Positions 1 through 7,513 of a stretch of DNA of 41,151 nucleotides are shown in pieces. Source of the DNA: Theionarchaea archaeon (GTDB lineage: Archaea; Methanobacteriota_B; Thermococci; Methanofastidiosales; SZ-28-30); the NCBI GenBank assembly GCA_018992565.1, contig JACVGW010000015.1, positions 1-41,151 of the forward strand, given 5' to 3'. How positions within the stretch are numbered: the first letter of the stretch is position 1; each line of letters opens with the position of its first letter. The position numbers and the translations under genes are program-made. The notes beneath the pieces were generated by a model, which was given only the letters and a program-made list of their open reading frames with translations, made no database searches and was not told the DNA's origin.

Positions 1-4
1 CTGG

Positions 5-1129
5 ATGGTTTATCTCCTGGACCGGGGATTTTCATACAGTGTCATTGGGCTGGCCCTGGCAGTGAATGGAGGTCTAATGGCTGTGCTGGAAGTCCCCACG
101 GGTGCACTGGCAGATGCTATCAGTCGCAAGTTTTCCATAATATCAGGACTGGTGGGATATGGCCTGGTGCTGCTTGCTATTCCTTCTATTACTGGTCCAT
201 CTACTCTGGTTCTCGTATTTGCATTATGGGCGCTCCCTATGACACTTCTATCAGGGGCAGGAGAAGCCTGGGTGGTAGACAATTTGAAAGCTGAAAACCG
301 TGAGGATTTGATCAAGGAGTTCTTTGCCAAGGATATTTCTATACAAAACATGGGCACGATTTTTGCGGGATTGATAGCAGGAGTGGTGGTTCGATTTCTC
401 GGCATGGACGCACTGTGGTACCTGCAGGGTTTCATCGTGTTCATATCCATTTCAGTACTGGCACTGCAGAAAGAGCACTTCGAAAGGAAGAAAGTGCGGG
501 TTGTAGAGAGTATCATTGAGACCTGCAACAATATTCGCGATGGAGCCAGGTTCACCATGAGGGAGAGAAACGTGTTCTTTATCATGGCTGCAGTCTTTTT
601 CGTATCCGTGAGCAGTCAGATCATGACAGTCTGCTCCAAACCTTTCCTGGAAATCATGGGTGTTGCCAGGGAGTATTTTGGATATCTATCGGCAGTGGGT
701 GCTGCACTCTGTGTGGTAATGCCTTTTCTCGCGAAGTATGCAGCGGAACTTCTCAAGAGAGAACAGTACTACCTTTCACTGCATGCTCTTGGATCTGGGC
801 TGGTATTGGTCCTGGTGCTCCTGGTAAGAACGCCCGGGATGGCAGGGATCATTTTTGTATTCATGATTCTTCGTTACACCACATATGACCCGGTTCTTGA
901 ACCCTTCTTTCAGGGGTTCCTTCCACCAAAGCTGCGGGCTACCGTGGCTTCCCTGCGGAATATGGTATTATCAATGGCTGTCCTTCTGGGCGATTGCCTG
1001 ATTTCTGCATTCGCAGATATGGCAGGTCCTCAGCTGATGCTTGCTGCAGGTGGGCTCTTCTTTCTCCCTTCAGTCCTCCTATTCTGGATGGTGAAGGGCT
1101 CTCCACCCGCGTCATCTCAGTCAGGGTGA
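5..1129 (+). CDS. MFS transporter (probably 5'-truncated by window edge)
   Basis: Many hydrophobic helices; 'EVPTGALADAISRK' MFS motif-A-like loop and 'SGAGEAW' motif; reading frame is open to the window start. Confidence 0.85.
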   Translation: MVYLLDRGFSYSVIGLALAVNGGLMAVLEVPTGALADAISRKFSIISGLVGYGLVLLAIPSITGPSTLVLVFALWALPMTLLSGAGEAWVVDNLKAENREDLIKEFFAKDISIQNMGTIFAGLIAGVVVRFLGMDALWYLQGFIVFISISVLALQKEHFERKKVRVVESIIETCNNIRDGARFTMRERNVFFIMAAVFFVSVSSQIMTVCSKPFLEIMGVAREYFGYLSAVGAALCVVMPFLAKYAAELLKREQYYLSLHALGSGLVLVLVLLVRTPGMAGIIFVFMILRYTTYDPVLEPFFQGFLPPKLRATVASLRNMVLSMAVLLGDCLISAFADMAGPQLMLAAGGLFFLPSVLLFWMVKGSPPASSQSG

Positions 1130-1293
1130 ATGGTTGTTTTCCTACAGGACGTGAGGAAACTGCCTGTGGAATGATGTGCTCTTGGGTGATCAATCCACTG
1201 TGAACAGTATGCAAAAATTAAGATTGAAAAACGGCTGCAGGCAAAGAAACAAGAATAGAAAAGTTAAAAAAACAAAACCAAGCTCTTCTCATC

Positions 1294-1389
1294 CTAATAG
1301 GGACTGGGGCAGGCCATCTTAACGTCGGAGTCTGTCACTGCTGTGAATGCATCTCCCAGTTCCTTGTCACTAGATCTGTCTACTTCCAT
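1294..1389 (-). CDS. Putative RiPP precursor peptide P1, 31 aa MEVDRSSDKELGDAFTAVTDSDVKMACPSPY
   Basis: Hand-translated; ATG preceded by AAGGTGA RBS and TTTTTATA box (1420-1427); homologous to three neighbouring peptides; T-rich tract downstream on minus strand. Confidence 0.8.
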   Translation of the reverse strand: MEVDRSSDKELGDAFTAVTDSDVKMACPSPY

Positions 1390-1490
1390 TGTATCACCTT
1401 TCCAATTTCTCTTTACCACTATAAAAACCTATCGTTCGCGCGTATGCCATACAGTGGGGGTCAGCGCCTGACATGTCACAGCCATGTCAA

Positions 1491-1586
1491 CTAGAGCCTG
1501 CACCCTGCTGACGAGTCAATGGTGTCTGCCACAATTGTGAATGCTTCTCTCATTTCTGGTGAAAGAAGTATATCGATCTCTTCCAT
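1491..1586 (-). CDS. Putative RiPP precursor peptide P2, 31 aa MEEIDILLSPEMREAFTIVADTIDSSAGCRL
   Basis: Hand-translated; GAGGTGA RBS, TTTTTAAA box (1619-1626) 32 nt upstream of ATG; leader nearly identical to P3. Confidence 0.85.
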   Translation of the reverse strand: MEEIDILLSPEMREAFTIVADTIDSSAGCRL

Positions 1587-1800
1587 AATATCACCTCTGC
1601 ACTTCTTTGATTTCTGAATTTAAAAATCTTTCTATTTGATGATACCATACAGACAGATACCTGGTTAGAACTACTATCAAAAAACACAAATATCACGATA
1701 AAACTTCATACGGAAGAATCAACTAGTCCCTTGGAATGACATCCGTATTGGATGACCCGCAAAAACCATTCCATCTATTCTTGATGAGACAGAGATGGTA

Positions 1801-1848
1801 AAGGGAAAAAACAAAAGGGGATACAGATTTTGAAGTGTCTGAGACACT
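1801..1848 (-). terminator. Possible terminator of P3 (inverted repeat AGTGTCT-G-AGACACT followed by oligo-T tract on minus strand)
   Basis: Inverted repeat at 1834-1848; minus strand then reads CCCCTTTTGTTTTTTCCCTT, typical of archaeal U-rich terminators. Confidence 0.4.
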
Positions 1849-1862
1849 GACTTCTGCAGACC

Positions 1863-1967
1863 CTATGTGCAAGTGGGTGGACACTTGATTGGTGGACTAA
1901 TAGAATCTGACAGAATTGCCAAGGCATCTTTCATCTCCGGTGAAAGAAGCATATCGATCTCTTCCAC
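1863..1967 (-). CDS. Putative RiPP precursor peptide P3, 34 aa MEEIDMLLSPEMKDALAILSDSISPPIKCPPTCT
   Basis: Hand-translated; GTG start with GAGGTGA RBS, TTTTTAAA box (2000-2007) 32 nt upstream; immediately downstream of SPASM enzyme. Confidence 0.85.
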   Translation of the reverse strand: MEEIDMLLSPEMKDALAILSDSISPPIKCPPTCT

Positions 1968-2034
1968 AACATCACCTCTACTCCCCTTTCTTTTTAGAGT
2001 TTAAAAATGTTGGTGCTCATGACTCCTTCAAATG

Positions 2035-3402
2035 TCAACAATAGTGAATATGATATGGCCCAGTATCTTTTGCCCCTTCCAAAATGAGATACTTGTGCCA
2101 CCATTTGCAGAATTCGCACATGGGATCAATTGCAGTCATATCTCCATACGAGAAATGTGCTGTGGCAGCACATCCCGCCCCACATATGTTCCTCCAGTTA
2201 CATGTCCTGCATTCAGGGATTGTATCTACTCGTGTGCAGACTTTTTTCCTGATTTCGAGAAATCTCGTTCCTTCCCGGATGGACTGTATATCCTCTTCTG
2301 TGACATTTCCAATAATTGCATCTGCCCCATCAAAGAGCTGACAGGGATAGACATTTCCAGCTGAATCAATCCTCAATTCTTGTCCCATATTGCAGATACG
2401 AACTTTTAATCCCACTGCAGGTGCTGCTTTGTCCTCGATTTCTATGACCTCCAGGGTTCCTTTCAGGTCTTTTCTCGCTCTGTAGACTTTCTTCTGGAAC
2501 TGGATTGCTTCTTCAAGACTCAGACCCAGAGTATTCCATATCGGGACTGCCCTCCCCTGATGGTACACTTTTGAGAAAATGACTTCATTGATACCCTTAC
2601 CAAGACAGAAGTCAATCATTGTATCCACTTCTTCAACATTCAGTCTGCTTGCTGTAAAGGAAATGCGCATATTCTTCTTCAATCCCTGATCTAGAAGATT
2701 ATCAATGCCCTGTATTGTCCTCTTGAATGCACCCTTTCCCCGTATGCTGTCATGGACTTCTTCCTGCGTGCTATCCAGGGAGATCTGCAGAGTCATATCC
2801 TGCTGACGATACCCGGCCAGAAGAGCTGCTGTATCCTCATCAATGAGTGTGCCGTTGGTAGCTATTGTCGTCTTGAGGTTGTTCTCCAGGGAATACTCCA
2901 GGAGCTCATCCCATCCCTTCCTCATCAGTGGTTCTCCGCCGCTGATGTAGATGGACCATCCTTTGACTGCCACCAGATAGTCAATGCACTCTTTGATTTT
3001 TTCCAGAGATATCTCTTCCCTGCAGGCCCGGCCTGCATTCACATCACAGTGGATACAATGCAGGTTGCAGCGCGACGTGATCTCGAAGTACAGATTCGTC
3101 AAGGGAGGTAGTGATGGAACATTCACAGACAACCCCTCAAAATGAGGCGAATCAAAAGCAATGATAAGACTCTTTCTCAGGTAGCGAACAATGGTGAGAA
3201 AAGTATCAAAAGAAACCTCTGACTTCACCTGCTCATAAATGTGCTCCAAGGTACACCTACCATTGCACAGCTGAAGAATTCTATATCCCATCTCATCCAA
3301 CATGCACCACGATGGAATATGAGGGTTGAGGATGAAATTCATGCCATTCTCCTTGAACAGCAGCGCACCCTCAATTTGGCACGGTTTTTTGCCTATATCC
3401 AC
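2035..3402 (-). CDS. Radical SAM/SPASM peptide maturase with N-terminal RRE(PqqD)-like domain
   Basis: CNLHCIHC, SGGEP, SPASM cysteines (CNMG...GNVYPC...CRTCNWRNICGAGC...DPMC); N-terminal 'LDEMGYRILQLCNGRCTLEHI' resembles RRE helices. Start re-placed at GTG 3402 (AAGGTG RBS); ORF track extends to 3609. Confidence 0.9.
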   Translation of the reverse strand: MDIGKKPCQIEGALLFKENGMNFILNPHIPSWCMLDEMGYRILQLCNGRCTLEHIYEQVKSEVSFDTFLTIVRYLRKSLIIAFDSPHFEGLSVNVPSLPPLTNLYFEITSRCNLHCIHCDVNAGRACREEISLEKIKECIDYLVAVKGWSIYISGGEPLMRKGWDELLEYSLENNLKTTIATNGTLIDEDTAALLAGYRQQDMTLQISLDSTQEEVHDSIRGKGAFKRTIQGIDNLLDQGLKKNMRISFTASRLNVEEVDTMIDFCLGKGINEVIFSKVYHQGRAVPIWNTLGLSLEEAIQFQKKVYRARKDLKGTLEVIEIEDKAAPAVGLKVRICNMGQELRIDSAGNVYPCQLFDGADAIIGNVTEEDIQSIREGTRFLEIRKKVCTRVDTIPECRTCNWRNICGAGCAATAHFSYGDMTAIDPMCEFCKWWHKYLILEGAKDTGPYHIHYC

Positions 3403-3413
3403 TCTTACACCTT

Positions 3414-3491
3414 CTAGCACGTGAATGCTAGTGGTACGACACTGGAAATCGCGTCGAACGCAGATTTCATAAGGACTATGTCTTCGTCCAT
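3414..3491 (-). CDS. Putative RiPP precursor peptide P4, 25 aa MDEDIVLMKSAFDAISSVVPLAFTC
   Basis: Hand-translated; GAGGTGA RBS, TTTATATA box (3526-3533) with purine-rich BRE; stop 11 nt before the SPASM start; shares MxxAF...C pattern with P1-P3. Confidence 0.8.
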   Translation of the reverse strand: MDEDIVLMKSAFDAISSVVPLAFTC

Positions 3492-3701
3492 TTTTCTCAC
3501 CTCTTTCCCCAGTGTCACGCTGCCATATATAAAGCTTTCTCTTCCAATCTTCCTGACATGTTAATGCGGCAAGAATGACACCAAAAGAAACAAAAGGTTT
3601 CTCACTCAAATCTGGACTGCATCTGAAGTCATTGAGAAGAATTCCTGCAGTCAGAGCCCCGGAGAAGGGTTCAGGGTGACTATTGAGGTCTGTACATACA
3701 T

Positions 3702-4118
3702 TCAGGGCGGGGCAGTTTCCATGACTGCAAACCGGATTATCACCAGCACGTGAGTTCCATACCCATAGGGATCTTTGAAAAACATATAATGGGACCCATC
3801 ACTGTCTTCTGGATTCCCCACCTCCAGATGAGGATGTACACCTGACTCAGAAATCTCCCGAATCAGAGTGTTAGTCTCTGAGGTTCCAATTAAAATCAGG
3901 TTGAGCTGCTTCTTATCCTCTTCTGTAACCTCTTCGTCGAACTTAACAATATCCACGATGCGTATGTCAGCAAGTTCGCCACTGGAAAATCCCACTTTTG
4001 TGGCAATAGATGAGGCAAACACAATGTCCAGAGAAGGGCAGTTTTCCCCAACCACTATGACAAAAGCGGGGGTACCTTCTGCGTTCAGGAAAAAGGGAAG
4101 TCGCGCGAAGTTCACCAT
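3702..4118 (-). CDS. Small S-layer-protein-domain-like protein
   Basis: 'IVVGENCPSLDIVFASSIA' and 'NLILIGTSETNTLI' resemble the N- and C-terminal conserved blocks of Methanococcales/Thermococcales S-layer family; no evident signal peptide. Confidence 0.55.
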   Translation of the reverse strand: MVNFARLPFFLNAEGTPAFVIVVGENCPSLDIVFASSIATKVGFSSGELADIRIVDIVKFDEEVTEEDKKQLNLILIGTSETNTLIREISESGVHPHLEVGNPEDSDGSHYMFFKDPYGYGTHVLVIIRFAVMETAPP

Positions 4119-4209
4119 GGAAACACCATGGATTTCTTCTCCAAGGAGCTTATAAACCTACTCCTTTCTATGAGCGATCTTCAGGAATAATTGGTAGTGG
4201 ACGAAGATG

Positions 4210-4225
4210 CGAAATCCTTTTAAAG
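4210..4225 (+). promoter_or_regulatory. BRE/TATA promoter for C/D sRNA-nop5-flpA
   Basis: CGAAATCC-TTTTAAAG, about 20-25 nt upstream of the predicted sRNA 5' end. Confidence 0.6.
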
Positions 4226-4245
4226 AAAAAAGAAGAGATAGTGTT

Positions 4246-4310
4246 GGTGAGGGATGACGAACAATCTGTCTTTCCGAACGGTGAAGAACTCACGACGAAC
4301 CGACCTCACT
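4246..4310 (+). ncRNA. Box C/D methylation guide sRNA
   Basis: Terminal stem GTGAGG(4247-4252)/CCTCAC(4304-4309); C box ATGACGA 4254-4260; 13-nt spacer; D' CCGA 4274-4277; C' GTGAAGA 4281-4287; 12-nt spacer; D CCGA 4300-4303; size and spacing match archaeal dual-guide sRNAs; sits just upstream of nop5. Confidence 0.8.
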
Positions 4311-4341
4311 CATTTATTGTTTTGGATTACAGGCTGATTGC

Positions 4342-5319
4342 ATGAGTACGGGTTATTTGATAGGCAACTGGAGCCGATTCTACATAGTAGATGAGAATAA
4401 TCGTTCTGTGGCAAAGACAGAGTTTTCAGGCTCGGAGCAGGAATGCACAGAGAAGGTCCGCAACCTGCGGAGAGGTGTTCCACCCCCGGAGATCATCACT
4501 CTGATAGAGGAAGCAGGACCTCTGGTAGAAACACTGGTCGTTGAAGATGATGCACTGGCTAGAACCCTCCAGCAGACTACTGGGTGTACTGTTACTGTGC
4601 CTGCGTCCCCTAACGACATGTTTCGCAGGCTCAGGCTCATGTTCTTCAAGAAAGGAATTCACAGCAGGCATCCTCTGGCTGTCTCCACAGCACGTGAAGA
4701 CAAGAAGGAAGCAGACACACATCCAGACATGCGCATCCTGCGCCTGGTGGACATGCTCACTATGTATGACGAATCATACCAGTTCTACAACAATTTCAAG
4801 GAAACCTGGTATGAGAATAGGTTTTCAGATAAAGAATCCCCCGTAATTCAACCAGACCTCCAGCAGGAAGAGTCAATCGTCAGGAATACGGATGGACTTC
4901 TTGAAGTGGTGTCTGTCCTGCGCAAGAGAACGCGAAAAGCACTGGCTCTTGTGCTGAGAGAATATTCACCAACCCTCTACAACGTAGCTGGACTGGAAAT
5001 TGCTGCCAGGCTCATTGCTGAAGCTGGCTCTCTGGAGAGGTTGGCGACAATGTCTGCCGGGACTATTCAGATTCTGGGTGCCAGGAAGGCCTTCTTTAGA
5101 GCAAAGCATTCAGGATCACCTTTTCCCAAGTTTGGGATCATTTTCTCCCATCCCTATATTCAGGCACTACCCTCTCATCACAGAGGTAAGATGGCCAGAC
5201 TCCTGAGCTGCCAGATTGCCATTGCTGCCCGGGCAGACGTTTACACACACAGAGATATCTCAAGACAGTTGCGATTGAAGCTCAAGAAGAGATTTTACCA
5301 GCTGAGGGGAATACTATGA
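4342..5319 (+). CDS. nop5: C/D box RNP scaffold protein Nop5 (Nop56/58), divergent and short
   Basis: Nop domain 'AARLIAEAGSLERLATMSAGTIQILGARKAFFR...PKFGIIFSHP...RGKMARLL...AARAD'; overlaps fibrillarin start (ATGA). Confidence 0.9.
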   Translation: MSTGYLIGNWSRFYIVDENNRSVAKTEFSGSEQECTEKVRNLRRGVPPPEIITLIEEAGPLVETLVVEDDALARTLQQTTGCTVTVPASPNDMFRRLRLMFFKKGIHSRHPLAVSTAREDKKEADTHPDMRILRLVDMLTMYDESYQFYNNFKETWYENRFSDKESPVIQPDLQQEESIVRNTDGLLEVVSVLRKRTRKALALVLREYSPTLYNVAGLEIAARLIAEAGSLERLATMSAGTIQILGARKAFFRAKHSGSPFPKFGIIFSHPYIQALPSHHRGKMARLLSCQIAIAARADVYTHRDISRQLRLKLKKRFYQLRGIL

Positions 5320-5999
5320 CGCAAGTTTCACACACCACGAACCCCCGTGTTTTCTACATGCTCCAGGGGAGGAAGAAAGTCCTGCTGACACAGGATGCGT
5401 CCCCCGAATATTCTGTGTACGGAGAACAAAAAGTAGAGGCTGATTCACATATCTTCCGAACCTGGGATCCGTACAGGAGCAAACTTGCTTCATCCATCCT
5501 GGAAGGCCTCCCCTCTATACCCATCAGGGAAGAAGATACTGTCTTATACCTGGGAGCTGCCAACGGCACCACTGCCTCTCATATTTCCGACATTGTAGGG
5601 AGTTCTGGAGTAGTTTACTGTGTTGAATTCAGCCCTGTTCCCTTTGGGGATTTAATCCGCCTGGCAGAGCACAGGACAAATATCTTTCCCATTCTGGCAG
5701 ATGCACGTGATCCTGTGCAGTACTCCTTCATGGTGGGGGGAGTGGATGTCCTCTACTGTGACCTGGCACAACCGTCTCAATGTGAGATTGTCCTTTCCAA
5801 TGCAGCCCGCTTCTTGCGGTCAGGAGGGCACCTCCTGCAGGCCATCAAAGCATCTTCTATCGATAGCTCGCTTCCCCCTTCACAGGTATATGAAACAGCA
5901 GTATCTGAACTCTCAAGAGGGTTTGCCATTCGTTCAACAATTCCCCTTGACAGATATCAGAAAAAGCATATCATGGTATGGGGCGTATACGCACCATAA
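5316..5999 (+). CDS. flpA: Fibrillarin-like rRNA/tRNA 2'-O-methyltransferase
   Basis: 'VYGE', 'WDPYRSKLAS', 'VLYLGAANGTTASHISDIV', 'VEFSP', 'NIFPILADAR', 'DLAQP', 'IKASSID' fibrillarin motifs. Confidence 0.96.
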   Translation: MTQVSHTTNPRVFYMLQGRKKVLLTQDASPEYSVYGEQKVEADSHIFRTWDPYRSKLASSILEGLPSIPIREEDTVLYLGAANGTTASHISDIVGSSGVVYCVEFSPVPFGDLIRLAEHRTNIFPILADARDPVQYSFMVGGVDVLYCDLAQPSQCEIVLSNAARFLRSGGHLLQAIKASSIDSSLPPSQVYETAVSELSRGFAIRSTIPLDRYQKKHIMVWGVYAP

Positions 6000-6055
6000 C
6001 GTGGGCACAGATGTAATATCGTACTACAGAAGTCGTGGACACGTGTCCCAGCACC

Positions 6056-7360
6056 TTATTCTGTACAATAAATGCCTTCCTGAATTTCTTCCTCCGCCCT
6101 CTCAACGATAATTCTCTGAGAAGCAGTGAATGACCGCATGGGCTGGGGCCAGTCATAAACAGTGTGCAGTTTCTCTCTGAAGTCAAAGGTAAGATTAACC
6201 TTTCCTCTGAGCTCTGGATATGCCCTGAAAACCTGGTCAGTCATGGTCTTCTGGATCTCAGCCACACGACCAGGATACATCCCGGGAGGATAGTTCAGGT
6301 ATAGTGTGACAGTAATCTCACTGCGCTCCCTGTTGACATCAATCCTCACAGGTTTGTAGCAGTAGGGCTCCCTCATCCAGATATCTGGAATATCATCCAC
6401 AATATCCAGGAAGGTCTTGAAAGACACGCAGGTATCATGAATGAAGGCCAGCTCTTCTGATCTTCCCTGAAGCTCAAATGCAAATCCTTCTGAACACTGT
6501 TTTATCTCCACAATATCCTCCGTATTGTAGCGCAGAAGAAGCTGCATCTGCCTGTAGGGGTAGACGGTGGTCACCAGGAGATACCCGGAACCTGTTGTCA
6601 GAGGTTCATAGGTCTCAGTATCCACCACTTCAGGAATGACTGTGGGATTGAAATGGAAGTAATTGCAGCAGGGAAGCCTGGCTGCCACCGCCGCAGTCTC
6701 CGTATTTGCATAACAGTCTATGTACTTCCCGTTGAAAACCTGTTCCACCAGCCTGATCCAGTAAGGAGATATATAGTCTCCTGTTCCAAATATGTATTTC
6801 ACCGATACAGTGTCAAGACCCCTCCTCACTAGCTCCAGGGTCAGGGCTTTGAGGTTCTCCTGCGATGTGAAAGAGATAATTGAGGGAGAAGAATCCACTC
6901 CCGGAATCGCGTGCGTATGAGTAAGATCACTGATAATGTTCTCTAAATTCCTAGTGTGGACATTCGCATCAAGGAAATGGTCCAGCCAGAAGACTTCAGT
7001 AGGTACTTTGAGAGGCAGCCCGTGATCTGTGTTGTGGACCAGGATCCCCAGAAACCGAGATTTCCTTTCTGGAGGGTTGCCATACATGGCTGCAAGCTCT
7101 TCTCGTGCATAGTAGACAGGGATTGCATTTCCCGTGGTCCCTCCTGTCCAGGTAACATGTTCAGGAACCAGTGTATGGGCAATAAATCCCTCAGGATTCC
7201 GCTTCAGGTGGTCTTTGGTGGTGATGGGAAGGGTTGGCAGATCTTTCAACTCAAAGGTTTCAATGTCAACTTTTTCAAGGATTCTCTCATAGAACAGCAG
7301 GTTTTCCTTCATGTAACCAAGTGTTGCCCTGAGAGGTTCCAGTTCTTCCTCCTGATTCAT
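6056..7360 (-). CDS. Phenylacetate-CoA ligase (PaaK)-like adenylate-forming enzyme
   Basis: 'LPITTKDHL', P-loop-like 'TGGTTG', 'YANTE', 'LRYNTEDIV', 'QGRSEE' motifs of the PaaK/F390 synthetase family. Confidence 0.8.
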   Translation of the reverse strand: MNQEEELEPLRATLGYMKENLLFYERILEKVDIETFELKDLPTLPITTKDHLKRNPEGFIAHTLVPEHVTWTGGTTGNAIPVYYAREELAAMYGNPPERKSRFLGILVHNTDHGLPLKVPTEVFWLDHFLDANVHTRNLENIISDLTHTHAIPGVDSSPSIISFTSQENLKALTLELVRRGLDTVSVKYIFGTGDYISPYWIRLVEQVFNGKYIDCYANTETAAVAARLPCCNYFHFNPTVIPEVVDTETYEPLTTGSGYLLVTTVYPYRQMQLLLRYNTEDIVEIKQCSEGFAFELQGRSEELAFIHDTCVSFKTFLDIVDDIPDIWMREPYCYKPVRIDVNRERSEITVTLYLNYPPGMYPGRVAEIQKTMTDQVFRAYPELRGKVNLTFDFREKLHTVYDWPQPMRSFTASQRIIVERAEEEIQEGIYCTE

Positions 7361-7371
7361 GGTATTCCCTG

Positions 7372-7470
7372 CTACTTCTTTTTCACATTCACAGGTCCCA
7401 CTTCACTCATCATGATGCGGGGAATCTCTTCTTCCAACTCTTTTTCCTTTTCATCTGACTTTTCTTCCAC
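7372..7470 (-). CDS. Short acidic peptide, 32 aa MEEKSDEKEKELEEEIPRIMMSEVGPVNVKKK (candidate precursor)
   Basis: GTG start with strong GGAGGTG RBS, fills the gap between B12-rSAM and ligase genes in the same operon. Confidence 0.65.
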   Translation of the reverse strand: MEEKSDEKEKELEEEIPRIMMSEVGPVNVKKK

Positions 7471-7513
7471 TGAAACACCTCCTCTCGTATACCCTCCTGG
7501 CCCATCACCTGTC

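Larger units (their letters stand above)
1558..1979. repeat. Direct repeat pair (1558-1598 and 1939-1979) covering RBS and leader coding region of P2 and P3
   Basis: 41-nt segments identical at 38 of 41 positions by manual comparison. Confidence 0.9.

Noticed and set aside
1469..1478. Palindrome TGACATGTCA downstream of P2
   Set aside because: A single 10-bp palindrome can occur by chance in 41 kb; no matching copies noticed at other promoters.
1706..1774. Minus-strand micro-ORF MEWFLRVIQYGCHSKGLVDSSV between P2 and P3
   Set aside because: No GGTGA RBS, no TATA at the shared spacing and no leader similarity to P1-P4.
1294..1979. Repeated segments as a possible CRISPR array
   Set aside because: Only two near-identical copies, 381 nt apart, explained by duplicated peptide leaders; no cas genes.
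3403..3609. 69-codon N-terminal extension of the SPASM enzyme in the ORF track (524 aa)
   Set aside because: The region contains a TATA box, RBS and peptide P4 in another frame; GTG 3402 has its own RBS, so the extension is likely spurious.
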